This document shows positions 43,747 to 55,611 of a DNA stretch of 64,000 nt, in pieces (position 1 is the stretch's first letter; every line of letters begins with the position of its first letter). Location of the stretch: positions 224,001-288,000 of the forward strand of contig CAVTHK010000003.1 of the NCBI GenBank assembly GCA_963734495.1, written 5' to 3'. The DNA comes from an uncultured Spirochaetota bacterium. Its GTDB lineage: Bacteria > Spirochaetota > Spirochaetia > SZUA-6 > CAVTHK01. The notes beneath the pieces were generated by a model. That model made no database searches. It had not been told where the DNA came from and saw nothing but the letters and a program-made list of their open reading frames with translations. The translations under genes and the position numbers were made by a program.

Positions 43747-44682
43747 ATGAACCTCAAAGGTCGATCGCTCTTGACGCTCAAGGACTACACCGCGGAGGAG
43801 ATCCGCGGTCTTCTCGATCTCGCGCACAAGGTCAAGAAGGAGCGGCGCTCGGGCAAGGTCGGCAGGCGCTTCGCGGGCAAGGCACTGGCGCTCATCTTCG
43901 AGAAACGCTCCACGCGGACCCGGTGCGCATTCGAAACGGCGTTCGGCGAGGAGGGCGGCCACGTGTCGTTCCTCTCGATGGCCGACATCCACCTCGGCTC
44001 CAAGGAGACGATCGAGGACACGGCGCGGGTGCTGGGCAGGATGTTCGACGCGATCCAGTTCAGGGGATTCAAGCAGGCGACCGCCGAGGCGCTCGCCGCG
44101 TATTCGGGCGTCCCCGTCTACAACGGCCTCACCGACGTCTACCACCCGACTCAGTCGCTCGCCGACCTGATGACCCTCGAGGAGGCGTTCGGCCGCCTCA
44201 AGGGGCTGCGCCTCGCGTATGTCGGAGACGGGCGCAACAACGTCGCTCATTCCCTGCTGATCGCGTGCTCCAAGATGGGCGTCGACTTCGCCATCGGCGC
44301 CCCCGAGAGCCTCTCTCCCTCGCAGGAGCAGCTGGACTACGCCCGCGGGGAGGCCGCGCGCAGCGGCGCCCGCGTCGAGGTCACCTCCCGCCCCGAGCAG
44401 GCGGTCCGCGGCGCCGACGCCGTGTACACCGACGTGTGGGTCTCGATGGGGGAGGAGGCGCAGGAAAAGGAGCGTGTCGAGCTCCTGACGCCTTTCCAGG
44501 TGAACGATCGCCTCATGAGCGCTACGGGAAAAAAGGAGTCGATCTTCCTGCACTGCCTGCCGGCGGTGCGGGGGAACGAGGTCACCGGCCAGGTGCTCGA
44601 CGGACCGCAGTCGCGGGCCTTCGACGAGGCGGAGAACCGCAAGCACACCATCAAGGCGCTGATGCTCGCTACGATAAATTGA
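43747..44682 (+). CDS. argF: Ornithine carbamoyltransferase
   Basis: FEKRSTRTR, NGLTD..HPTQ, GDGRNNVA, DVWVSMG, HCLPA. Confidence 0.95.
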   Translation: MNLKGRSLLTLKDYTAEEIRGLLDLAHKVKKERRSGKVGRRFAGKALALIFEKRSTRTRCAFETAFGEEGGHVSFLSMADIHLGSKETIEDTARVLGRMFDAIQFRGFKQATAEALAAYSGVPVYNGLTDVYHPTQSLADLMTLEEAFGRLKGLRLAYVGDGRNNVAHSLLIACSKMGVDFAIGAPESLSPSQEQLDYARGEAARSGARVEVTSRPEQAVRGADAVYTDVWVSMGEEAQEKERVELLTPFQVNDRLMSATGKKESIFLHCLPAVRGNEVTGQVLDGPQSRAFDEAENRKHTIKALMLATIN

Positions 44683-44741
44683 AGAAGGTCGCCCGCCGCG
44701 CGCTCTGACCCGGGCCTGGGCCGGCGCGTTCGCGGGAGGAG

Positions 44742-46034
44742 CTACAGCGCCTGCGCCGCCCGGTACACCGCGTCGTAGAGCTCCTCGACCTGCTCGGGCT
44801 CCACGGCCGAGAACGCGATCCGCAGCAGCCGCTCGTCCATGGCGACGGTCCCGACGCCCTGCTCGAGCAGCTTCTGGCGCAGCTCCTCCGCGCTCCCCCT
44901 CTTGAGCCGGAAGCACATGAAGTAGCCGGAATTGAACGGCAGGAGCTCCAGCGCCGGAGGCACCTTGCGCCCGGCGAGGACCTGCTTGACCTTGCGGTAC
45001 TTCGCCTCGACCAGCCGGACGGCCGCTTCCTTTTCCTGCCGGTACGTCGGCTTCTCCATGGCCCGGATCAGCAGGTACTGGGCGGGGCGGCCGGCCATCG
45101 AGACTGTGGCGCGGATGGCGCCCATGGTCTTGTTCTCGAGGGCGGAGTACTGGGCCGGCTGGAGGCCCTTGGCCCCGTAGGTCAGCATGCCGACGCGGAA
45201 GCCCCAGACCATGTCTTCCTTGGTGCTCCCGTCGATCTTGACCGCGAGGATGTTCTCGTGCAGCGGAGCGAGATAGGTGAACAGCGACTCCTTGCAGGTC
45301 TCCTCCTCGAAGAAGAGGCCGAAGTAGGCGTCGTCGATGATCACCAGCATGGAAAGCCCGCGATCGGCCAGGTCCCCCAGGACGTGCACGATCGCCTGCG
45401 CCTCGTCGCGCGTCGGCGAATACCCGGTGGGGTTGTTGGGAAAGTTGAGCAGCACGATCGCCTTGCCCCGGCTCTCTTCGCGCACCAGCGCCTCTCTCAG
45501 CCCCGCGGCGTTGAAGCCGCCGGAGCGCGTGAAGAAGGGGAAGGTGACGAAGCGCGCCTCGCGCCGGTCCTCGTACATGAGGCGGTAGTTCTCCCACGCA
45601 AGGTCGGGGATCACGACGGGGTCGCCCGCGTCGATGAACAGGTCGCCGGCGATCGACAGCCCGTGGGTCAGGCCCGCGGTCACCAGGGGCACGGATGTGG
45701 GCACCCCCGCGAGGCCGGGGTTCTTCTCGACCATGGCGGCCTTCCAGATCTCTCTCAAGCGGGGCTCGCCCGCCGTCGTCGAGTAGCCGACCAGCTCCGA
45801 CGGCGACAGCGAGGGCACGGCGGCGCGGATCGAGGGCAGAGCGATGGGCTGGCCCTCGGTGAACGCCATGCCGGCGGTCGCGTTGAAGCGGCTGGCCTTC
45901 TTGTTGGCCTCCGCGGTCTGGGCGACGATCCCCTTGGGGAAGTAGGCGCGCCTTCCGTAGCGCGAGAGCAGGCGCTCCGCCACCGTTCCCGCCAGCGCCG
46001 CATTCGCCTCCTGCAGAGGAGTCACTGGAGCCAT
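44742..46034 (-). CDS. PLP-dependent aminotransferase class I/II
   Basis: LNFPNNPTGY, DDAYFGL, DGSTKE..WGFRVG, LRIAFS. Confidence 0.9.
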   Translation of the reverse strand: MAPVTPLQEANAALAGTVAERLLSRYGRRAYFPKGIVAQTAEANKKASRFNATAGMAFTEGQPIALPSIRAAVPSLSPSELVGYSTTAGEPRLREIWKAAMVEKNPGLAGVPTSVPLVTAGLTHGLSIAGDLFIDAGDPVVIPDLAWENYRLMYEDRREARFVTFPFFTRSGGFNAAGLREALVREESRGKAIVLLNFPNNPTGYSPTRDEAQAIVHVLGDLADRGLSMLVIIDDAYFGLFFEEETCKESLFTYLAPLHENILAVKIDGSTKEDMVWGFRVGMLTYGAKGLQPAQYSALENKTMGAIRATVSMAGRPAQYLLIRAMEKPTYRQEKEAAVRLVEAKYRKVKQVLAGRKVPPALELLPFNSGYFMCFRLKRGSAEELRQKLLEQGVGTVAMDERLLRIAFSAVEPEQVEELYDAVYRAAQAL

Positions 46035-46085
46035 CCCATCCTCCAAAACGCAGGCGGCGCCCGTCGCCGGGCGCCGCAGCGGACT

Positions 46086-47984
<1,899 letters not shown>

Positions 47985-48074
47985 ATCGACCGACCTCTAT
48001 ATCGGCCGCGGTCCTCCGCGGCCAGACTTGCCGAAGCGATGCAACTGGCGGCCTGCTGCAGGTCCGACAGCCTC

Positions 48075-48266
48075 CTAACGCGATTTACAGAGTCGCGCGA
48101 CCGCCGCAAGGGCGATCGCTACCTCGTGTTCCCCGTCCGCGTTCACCGGAGCGGGCTCGGGCCGCCGCGACCCGAGGGCGACCCTGACGGCCGCACCCGT
48201 GGCGAGGGAGGCTGCCACCCCCGCCGCCATACCGACCAGCAGCAGAACGACGTCGCGCGCGATCAC
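48075..48266 (-). CDS. Small OadG-like membrane anchor protein (63 aa)
   Basis: N-terminal hydrophobic helix, Pro-rich linker and EVAIALAAV motif; GTGA overlap with birA. Confidence 0.6.
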   Translation of the reverse strand: MIARDVVLLLVGMAAGVAASLATGAAVRVALGSRRPEPAPVNADGEHEVAIALAAVARLCKSR

Positions 48267-48997
48267 TGCACGTCTCCCAGGGTGAGTGTCACCCGGCCCT
48301 GGGGTGTGAGCACTGCGAGGGAGCCTTCCTCGGTGACGTCACAAGCCGTGCCAGTTATCCGGGAGTGGAGCGAGTTTACAGAAATCTGCCGACCTAGCAT
48401 AGGGGTCAGGGCCAGGAACTCGGACCGGATCCAGGGAAAGCCGGCCTCCAGAAACGCGGGGTAGCCGGCGAAGAACTCGTCCAGAACGGCTTCCAGGAAC
48501 GCGTCCCGCTCGACGGCCCGGCCCAGGACGAGGTTCAGCGACGCAGCCGGCTGATCGATGGCGGCGAGGTCCTCCTCCCGCATCGCCAGGTTAACGCCCG
48601 CGCCCACGACCGCGCCGCGCACGCGGCCGGGCGCGCTCACGGCCTCGGCGAGGATGCCCGCGAGCTTGCGGCCCCCCGCGAGCAGGTCGTTCGGCCACTT
48701 GATCGCAACCTCGGCGCCCAGGCCGCGGGCGACGCGCGCGAGGACCACGGCCATGTACTGCGTCAGGTTCGGGAACCCCGCGGGCGGACGCTCCTGCCGC
48801 GCCGGCTCGAGCTTGAGCACGAGGCTCGCGTACAGGTTCCCCGCCACCGACGAGCGCCACGCGCGCTCGAGGCGGCCCCGGCCCCGGGTCTGGCGGTCGG
48901 CGACGACGGCGAGGCCGTGGGGGAGCTCCTCGAACCGTTCGACGGCGTAGCGATTGGTCGACTCGATCTCGCCCAGGTGAAGGACGCGATGCCTCAT
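48263..48997 (-). CDS. birA: Biotin--protein ligase, group I (no HTH)
   Basis: ESTNRYA, QTRGRGRLERAW, IKWPND, KLAGIL, GAGVN. Confidence 0.93.
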   Translation of the reverse strand: MRHRVLHLGEIESTNRYAVERFEELPHGLAVVADRQTRGRGRLERAWRSSVAGNLYASLVLKLEPARQERPPAGFPNLTQYMAVVLARVARGLGAEVAIKWPNDLLAGGRKLAGILAEAVSAPGRVRGAVVGAGVNLAMREEDLAAIDQPAASLNLVLGRAVERDAFLEAVLDEFFAGYPAFLEAGFPWIRSEFLALTPMLGRQISVNSLHSRITGTACDVTEEGSLAVLTPQGRVTLTLGDVQ

Positions 48998-49005
48998 CGC
49001 ACGGG

Positions 49006-49191
49006 TCAGCGCTTGAGCACCCGTCGCTGAACGAGCTCGCGCATGCGCATGATGCCCTGCCTGCCATGCAGGGCCCAGGACCCGGCCGCGCCGGGCGCGG
49101 CGGCCGCACCCGCCTTCACCTTTGACGTCTCCTCTTCTTCCTCGAGGTAGCGCGCGACGCCGGCGAGAACCGCAAGCACTTCGGGGTTCAT
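49006..49191 (-). CDS. Small acyl-CoA carboxylase epsilon-like subunit (61 aa)
   Basis: EVLAVLAGVARYL..SWALHGR pattern, directly after the carboxyltransferase gene; RBS AGGAG. Confidence 0.65.
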   Translation of the reverse strand: MNPEVLAVLAGVARYLEEEEETSKVKAGAAAAPGAAGSWALHGRQGIMRMRELVQRRVLKR

Positions 49192-49199
49192 CTCGGCTC

Positions 49200-50753
49200 C
49201 TACAGCGGGATATTCCCGTGTTTCTTGGGAGGCAGCGCCTCGCTCTTGCTCTTCATGAGCTCGAGCGCGGCGACGAGCCGCACGCGCGTCTCCGCGGGCC
49301 GGATCACCGCGTCGATGTAGCCGCGCTCGGCCGCCAAGTACGGGTTGTAGAGCTGGTTCTCGTACTCCTCGATCTTCTGCCGGCGCGCGGCCTGCGGGTC
49401 GGCGGCGCCGTCGATCTCGCGGCGGTAGATGATGTTGACCGCGCCCTCGGCGCCCATCACCGCGATCTCGGCCGTGGGCCAGGCGAAGACCATGTCCGCG
49501 CCGAGGTGGCGCGAGCTCATGGCGATGTACGCGCCGCCGTACGCCTTTCGCGTGATGACCGTGAGCTTGGGGACCGTAGCCTCGGAGTAGCTCCACAGGA
49601 GCTTCGCGCCGTGGCGGATGATGCCGCCCCACTCCTGCTGCGCGCCGGGGAGGTAGCCGGGGACGTCGACGAACGAGACCAGGGGGATGTTGAAGGCGTC
49701 GCAGAAGCGGATAAAGCGGCTCGCCTTGTCGGAGGCGTTGATGTCGAGGCAGCCCGCGAGCACGGCGGGCTGGTTGCCCACGACGCCTGTCACGTGCCCG
49801 GCGATGCGCGCGAAGCCCGTGACGATGTTCTGCGCGTAGGCGGCGCTCGACTCAAAGAAGCTGTCGCGGTCCACGACCGCGGCGATGACCGCCTTGATGT
49901 CGTAGGCGAGGCGCGCGCTGTCGGGGATGATGGCGTCGAGCTCTGGGCACTCGCGGCGCGGACTGTCCTGGGGCGCCTGGTACGGCGGGTCCTCGATGTT
50001 GTTCGACGGGAGGTAGGAGAGCAGCTTCTTGATCTGGGCGATCGTGTCGGCTTCCGTCGCTCCGGAGAACTGCGCGTTGCCGCTCTTGACGTTGTGGGCC
50101 GCCGCGCCGCCGAGGTCCTCGTGCGTCGTGTCCTCGCCCGTGACGGCTTTGATGACCGCCGGCCCGGTGATGTACATGTAGCTCGTCCGCTCGGTCATGA
50201 ACGTCCAGTCGGTCATCGCGGGGGAGTACACGGCGCCGCCGGCGCAGGGGCCCATGATCGCCGAGATCTGCGGGATGACGCCCGAGGCCCGGGCGTTCCT
50301 GAAAAAGATGTCGCCGTAGCCCCGCAGCGAGTCGATGCCCTCCTGGATGCGCGCGCCGCCCGAATCGTTGAACCCCACCACGGGGGAGCCCGACTTGAGC
50401 GCGAGGTCGAGGATCTTGCAGATCTTGGCCGAGTGCATCTCACCCAGCGACCCGCCGCGCGCCGTGAAGTCCTGGAAGAAGGCGAACACCGGCCTTCCGC
50501 TGACGAGGCCGTGGCCCGTGACCACCCCGTCGGATGGGATCACCTGCTTGTCCATGCCGAAACGCGACGCCCGGTGATGCACGAAGCGGTCGATCTCCTG
50601 GAACGTGCCCTCGTCGAAGAACAGCGCCACCCGCTCGCGCGCCGACAGCTTTCCCTGCTTGTGCTGCTTCTCGACCTGGTCGTCGCCGCCCATCTTGAGG
50701 GTCTCGCAGTCCCTCTTCGCCAGGTCCTCGATTCTGCTACGGATCGATTCCAT
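49200..50753 (-). CDS. Acyl-CoA carboxyltransferase (PccB/MmdA/transcarboxylase 12S family)
   Basis: GKLSARER, QDFTARGGSLG, DSGGARIQEG, GPCAGGAVYSPA, DVPGYLPG, RKAYGGAY, KKHGNIPL. Confidence 0.95.
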   Translation of the reverse strand: MESIRSRIEDLAKRDCETLKMGGDDQVEKQHKQGKLSARERVALFFDEGTFQEIDRFVHHRASRFGMDKQVIPSDGVVTGHGLVSGRPVFAFFQDFTARGGSLGEMHSAKICKILDLALKSGSPVVGFNDSGGARIQEGIDSLRGYGDIFFRNARASGVIPQISAIMGPCAGGAVYSPAMTDWTFMTERTSYMYITGPAVIKAVTGEDTTHEDLGGAAAHNVKSGNAQFSGATEADTIAQIKKLLSYLPSNNIEDPPYQAPQDSPRRECPELDAIIPDSARLAYDIKAVIAAVVDRDSFFESSAAYAQNIVTGFARIAGHVTGVVGNQPAVLAGCLDINASDKASRFIRFCDAFNIPLVSFVDVPGYLPGAQQEWGGIIRHGAKLLWSYSEATVPKLTVITRKAYGGAYIAMSSRHLGADMVFAWPTAEIAVMGAEGAVNIIYRREIDGAADPQAARRQKIEEYENQLYNPYLAAERGYIDAVIRPAETRVRLVAALELMKSKSEALPPKKHGNIPL

Positions 50754-51048
50754 TTCTGCTCCCGGGTCCGCTTGGCCGCTCGAAGATCGGAGGAGCATAG
50801 CTAGTTTGCGCAAAAAGAGTCAAGAAAAAGCCGTACGCAGCCGTACGGCGGCCTCCGTACGATATCGCGCGGGCCGCGGCGGGCGGGCGGGACAGCCGGC
50901 GGGGCGGGCCGAACGGCGCCTTGACCAGTGTCCGGGCGGGCTGTAGGCTTCCGCAGGCACGATCCTCGATGCCCGGACCGGTCGCAGCGGCGGATCGGAC
51001 CCAGACGAAAGGACAAAAGGCTGCCGGCACGGCCGGTCGAGCTTGCCG

Positions 51049-52479
51049 ATGTACGTCTACCGCAGGCTATCCAATGTGCGCCGCGTCGTGTTCTGGCTCG
51101 CGGCCGCGCTATACCTCGTCACCTTCCCTGTCATCATCCTCGACGTCACGGGAATCGTGCTGCGCCCCGCCCAGCGCACGCCGTTCATCCAGACGGGAGC
51201 GCTGGAGATCGTCACCCGGCCCGACGGGTGCGAAGTCGTCGTGGATGGCCGGTCCGCCCGCTCGCTCACGCCGGCCGTCGTCGAAGGATTGCAGCCGGGG
51301 CGCCACGACGTGCTGATCCAGGGGCCCGGCGGCGCTTCGTGGCGTGGAGCGATCGAAGTCGCTCCCGGCGAGGTCACCTCCGTCAAGGGGCTGCCCGTCG
51401 CGCTGCCTTCGGTGACGCGGGTCCCGCTTCCCGCGGGCCCGGTGCTCGCTGTGCGCCGCAGCCTCGTCAGCGCTTCCGTTCTGGTTGCCGGGTCCGAGGA
51501 GCCGCGCCTCGCGGTGCTGGACCTCGCCGCGGGGCGCCTGGTGCCCCTGCGCGGGGCGCCGGTCCGGGGGACGGTCTCGGCGGTGCACCCCATGCTTTCG
51601 GACGCGGAGTTCCTCGTCCAGCTCGACCTGGGCAACGGCAGCTCGGCGATGCTCCTCGACCAGTCCGCCCTGGGCGGCTGGAGCTCGATCGAGCTGCCCT
51701 TCGGCCTGCCCGCGGGGGTCCTCCCGCTCGCCGTCTCCTGGCGTGATCGCGCCGTCATGTACCTCGACGGCCAGCTCGTCGTTCAGAGGAGCCCCGCGGG
51801 CGACCGCACCCTGTTCGCGACGAGCGCCCCGGTCGTGGCCTCGGGGTCGGCCCAGGGAGGGATGCTGCTGCTCGACAGGGACGGCTGGCTCTATCATCAG
51901 GCTCGCTTCCTCGCCCCCCGCGTCGTTTCCAGCTACCGGCTCGGCGCCCTCTCGGCCGTCGCCGAGGGCGCGCGGGGCAAGATCGTGGCGCAGAAGGGCT
52001 CGGTTCTCGTCGTGAAGGCGGGTCAGTCGCTGTTCCTGCTGACCCGCACGCGCGCCGTGGAAGTGACGGGAGTCGGAGGCGCGGCCTTTGACGAAGTCCG
52101 CGAGCGCATCATCGTGTGGAGCGCGAATCGCGTCGGAAGGCTCGACAATCCGTGGATCGAGAGCGAGCCGCACCCCGGCGCTCCGGCGGCGAAGCAGCCG
52201 ACGCTCAGCTGGAGCCTGCAGACCGAGGGGCCGGTCGAAAGGGTGATCGCGGTGCGCGACGGCGACGCCGTGATCATCGTGACCGACGCCGCTCTGCTCC
52301 TCGGGGTGCTGAGCGAGCGGGTCCTGCTCGAGCCGTTCAACATCGCCACCCTCGCGCCCGGAGGCGTCCGTCCCGTGATCGACGCCTCCGGCGCCGTCGT
52401 GCTCGCGGATGGGCCGGGTCCGGCGCAGCTTCTGCGGCTGGCCCCGCCGCCCCTGGCGATCCCGGGAGAGCAGCGATGA
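51049..52479 (+). CDS. Membrane-anchored PEGA-domain protein with a beta-rich (propeller-like) C-terminus
   Basis: N-terminal TM; TGALEIVTRPDGCEVVVDG..TPAVVEGLQPGRHDVLI PEGA signature. Confidence 0.75.
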   Translation: MYVYRRLSNVRRVVFWLAAALYLVTFPVIILDVTGIVLRPAQRTPFIQTGALEIVTRPDGCEVVVDGRSARSLTPAVVEGLQPGRHDVLIQGPGGASWRGAIEVAPGEVTSVKGLPVALPSVTRVPLPAGPVLAVRRSLVSASVLVAGSEEPRLAVLDLAAGRLVPLRGAPVRGTVSAVHPMLSDAEFLVQLDLGNGSSAMLLDQSALGGWSSIELPFGLPAGVLPLAVSWRDRAVMYLDGQLVVQRSPAGDRTLFATSAPVVASGSAQGGMLLLDRDGWLYHQARFLAPRVVSSYRLGALSAVAEGARGKIVAQKGSVLVVKAGQSLFLLTRTRAVEVTGVGGAAFDEVRERIIVWSANRVGRLDNPWIESEPHPGAPAAKQPTLSWSLQTEGPVERVIAVRDGDAVIIVTDAALLLGVLSERVLLEPFNIATLAPGGVRPVIDASGAVVLADGPGPAQLLRLAPPPLAIPGEQR

Positions 52480-54113
52480 GCTTTGCCTACACTCCATGGC
52501 CGGAGGACAAGCGGGCGCGGCGCCTCCAGCGGCTGCTCGACATGCTTCCGGGCCTCGTGAGCTGGAGCATCATCCTCGGCCTGGCCGCGGTGTCGCTCTT
52601 CGCCCCGATCTATGGAGCGGTGGCGCTCGTCGCGTTCCTCTACTACTACGTGTTCCGCATCTCCTACGTCGCCGTGTTCCTCATGCTCGGTTTTTTCCAG
52701 ATCTGGGTCGAGAGGCGCACGGACTGGGTGGCCCGCATCCGCGACCTCTACGACCCGCCCGCCGAGCCGCAGCCGGTCTCCGGCGTGCGGGCGCGCCTCT
52801 CGCTGCGCCGCCACTGGAGCAACCTGCGCGCCCTGCTGCGCGAATCCGAGGGCAAGCCGCTGCCGAAGCTCGACGATCTGCTGCACGTCGTCCTGATACC
52901 GGTGCTGCGCGAGCGGCGCTCCATTTACGAGGAGACGGTGCGCGGCGTCGCGGCGAGCACCATGGCGAGCGAGGAGAAGATCGTGGTCGCTCTCGGCGTC
53001 GAGGAGCGGGGCGGGGCGGAGGTCCTGGAGGCCTGCCGCGAGGTGCAGCGCGAATGGCGCGACCGCTTCGTGGATTTCCTCGTGATCGTGCACCCCGACG
53101 GGCTGCCCGGCGAGATCCCGGGCAAGGCCTCGAACGACACCTACGCGGCGCGCCAGGTCGTCGCCTGGCTCGAGGAGCGCGGCACCGACCTGCGCAACGT
53201 CGTCCTCACCTGCCTCGATTCCGACACGATGGTCCCGCCGAGCTACTTTGCCTGCCTCACCTACGCGTTTCTCGCCTGTCCGGAGAGGCTGCGCGCGAGC
53301 TTCCAGCCGATCCCGGTCTTCGATAAGAACCTCTGGTCGGTCCCCGCCCCCGTGCGCATCGCCGAGATGAGCACCACGGTCGTGCAGGTGATCGAGAGCA
53401 CGAACATGGACTGGCTGGTCTCGTTCTCGAGCCACAGCATCAGCCTGTACGGCCTGCGGGAGGCCGGCTACTGGCCCGTGGACATGGTCGCCGAGGATGC
53501 CGCGGGCTACTGGCAGCGCTACGTGCATTTCAGCGGCGACTACCGTGTCGTGCCGATCCCGGTTTCCGTCTCGATGGACGCCCCCGAAGGCGAAACGTTC
53601 CTGCAGACGATGCTCATATCCTACAAGCAGAAGCGCCGCTGGGCGTTCGGGGCCGAGAACGTGGCCGTCGCGCTCCGCGGCGTGCTCACGACGCGCGGTC
53701 TGGACCTCGCGCGCAAGCTCACCTGCGCGATCAAGCTCATCGACAACTACGTGACCTGGGCGACGTGGGCCTTCATCCTGAACTTCGTCATCTGGATGCC
53801 GCGGCTGGGCGCGCAGATCGCGAAGAGCTCCGCGCTGGCCGTGTTCAACTTCCAGCGCCTCTCCGGGACCGTGTTCAGCCTCTCCGGGGTCTACCTCGTG
53901 CTGCTGGTGGTGATCTCGCTGGCGCTCGCAACTCGCAAGGCCGCGCCCAGGGCGCCGCTCTGGCGCCTGCTGCTGCACCCCCTGGAATGGCTGCTCTTCC
54001 TGCCGATCACTTCGCTGCTCCTCGGCAGCGTTCCCGCGCTCGATGCGCAGACCCGCCTCATGCTCGGCAAGCGCCTCGGCTACTTCCCGGTCCCGCACAA
54101 GGACAAGGAGTAA
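52476..54113 (+). CDS. Processive-type membrane glycosyltransferase family 2
   Basis: ATGA-coupled to the PEGA gene; GKASN, LDSDT, AED and QKRRWA (D,D,D,QxxRW); TM helices on both sides. Confidence 0.85.
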   Translation: MSFAYTPWPEDKRARRLQRLLDMLPGLVSWSIILGLAAVSLFAPIYGAVALVAFLYYYVFRISYVAVFLMLGFFQIWVERRTDWVARIRDLYDPPAEPQPVSGVRARLSLRRHWSNLRALLRESEGKPLPKLDDLLHVVLIPVLRERRSIYEETVRGVAASTMASEEKIVVALGVEERGGAEVLEACREVQREWRDRFVDFLVIVHPDGLPGEIPGKASNDTYAARQVVAWLEERGTDLRNVVLTCLDSDTMVPPSYFACLTYAFLACPERLRASFQPIPVFDKNLWSVPAPVRIAEMSTTVVQVIESTNMDWLVSFSSHSISLYGLREAGYWPVDMVAEDAAGYWQRYVHFSGDYRVVPIPVSVSMDAPEGETFLQTMLISYKQKRRWAFGAENVAVALRGVLTTRGLDLARKLTCAIKLIDNYVTWATWAFILNFVIWMPRLGAQIAKSSALAVFNFQRLSGTVFSLSGVYLVLLVVISLALATRKAAPRAPLWRLLLHPLEWLLFLPITSLLLGSVPALDAQTRLMLGKRLGYFPVPHKDKE

Positions 54114-54160
54114 GGCCGCGACCCGTTTCGCCGCCGCATGGCTCGCCTGCCGCGGGGCCG

Positions 54161-55499
54161 TCAGCCGCCCTTCGCCCCGCCGCCCGCCGCCGGCGCCGGG
54201 CGTGTCGCGCAGGCCCTTGCGCCCGCCGCGGCCGAGCAGGCTCGCGCGCGTCAGGCTGGCGTCCTTCTTCTTTTTGAGCTCCAGGGCGACCTCCTCGATC
54301 CTGCGCCTTCGGTCGGAGGGCCTGCCCTGCTCAGGGGGCTCTTCGAAGAGCTCGCCCTGCATCGGCTGGCCCTGCGCTGGACGCGCGCCCTGCGCTGGCT
54401 CGCCCTGCGCCCGGGGCTCGCTTCCGCGGCGGTGCTCGCCCTGCCCGGGGGCCAGGCCCTGCTCGCGCGCCGCCTCGCCGGCGAGGCCGACGCCGATCAG
54501 GCGCACCGGGGTCGCGCCGTCCCAGCGGCGGTCGAGGAGCTCGAGCGCCACCCGGTGGATCTCGAGCGCGGAGGCCGGGGGCCGGGCGAGCGTCGTCTGG
54601 ATCGTGGTGGTCTTGAAGTCGTGCGTGCGCAGCTTGAGGAACAGCGTGCGCGCGGCCTCGCGCTCCTCGATGACGCGCTCCATGAGCAGCTGCGAGAGCT
54701 CGAGGAGGACGGTCCGCAGGTGCTCGCGGTCGACGGTGTCGTGCTCGAAGGTGATCTCGTGGCTGAGGGAGTGGCTCCGCGGCGTTTCGGAGTGAATCCC
54801 GGGGTCTTCGCCGCGCACGCAGCCGTGGAGGAAGCGCGCGGCGCCCTTGCCCAGCATCGACGCGAGCTGCGCTTGAGAGAGAGCGCGCAGCTCGGGGATC
54901 GTGGTGATGCCCGCCTCGCGCAGCCGCGCCCGCGTCTTTTTCCCCACGCCCCAGAGATCCTTGAGCGCGAGCCCGTCGAGAAACGCGATCGCCTCCCCTT
55001 CGGCGACGCGCACGAGGCCGTCGGGCTTGCCCGCTTCGCAGGCGAGCTTGGCGAGATAGCGGTTGGGGGCGATGCCGACGGAGACGTTCAGCCCCTCGGC
55101 CCCGCGGACCTGGTCCTTCATCCGGCGGCCGACCTCGAGGGAGTCGCCTAACAGCCGCTCGGTGCCCGAGAGGTCGAGGAAGGCTTCGTCCACCGAGATC
55201 TGCTGCAGGTGCGGCGTGTAGCCGGCGAGGATCGCCATGACGTTACGCGATACCTCGACGTAGCGGTCCATCCGCGCGGGCACGAAGACGCCCCTGGGAC
55301 AGCGCCGATACGCCTCCGATATGGGCATCGCCGAGCGCACGCCGAATCGCCGCGCCTCGTACGAGCACGCGGCGACGACGCCCCGCTGCCCCGGCATCGC
55401 GCCGACGATCACGGGTTTCCCGCGCAGCGTGGCGTTGTCCCGCTGCTCCACCGAGGCGTAGAACGCGTCGAGGTCCACGTGGAAGATCGTGGCGCCCAT
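54161..55499 (-). CDS. dinB: DNA polymerase IV (3' end approximate; the nearest stop is off-frame by one)
   Basis: HVDLDAFYASVE, CSYEARRFGVRSAMP, ISVDEAFLD, LAKLA..KPDG, WGVGKKT; clamp motif QGELF. Confidence 0.93.
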
Positions 55500-55611
55500 C
55501 GGACCTTCTGGATTACCACGGCAGCGAGCCGGCGCGCAAGGAGCGGGCGAGCTGGGAGCGGACGAGCCGGGAGCCGGCGGGCGAGGGGCCGCCGCGGCGG
55601 GCGCGGGCGCT

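Noticed and set aside
42634-44682. 682-aa extended ArgF
   Set aside because: The upstream part is an alternative frame of the radical SAM gene; the real start is 43747, after AAGGAG.
50880-51048. Riboswitch upstream of the PEGA/GT2 pair
   Set aside because: GC-rich pairing is possible, but I recognised no c-di-GMP or other riboswitch consensus; an Rfam scan is needed.
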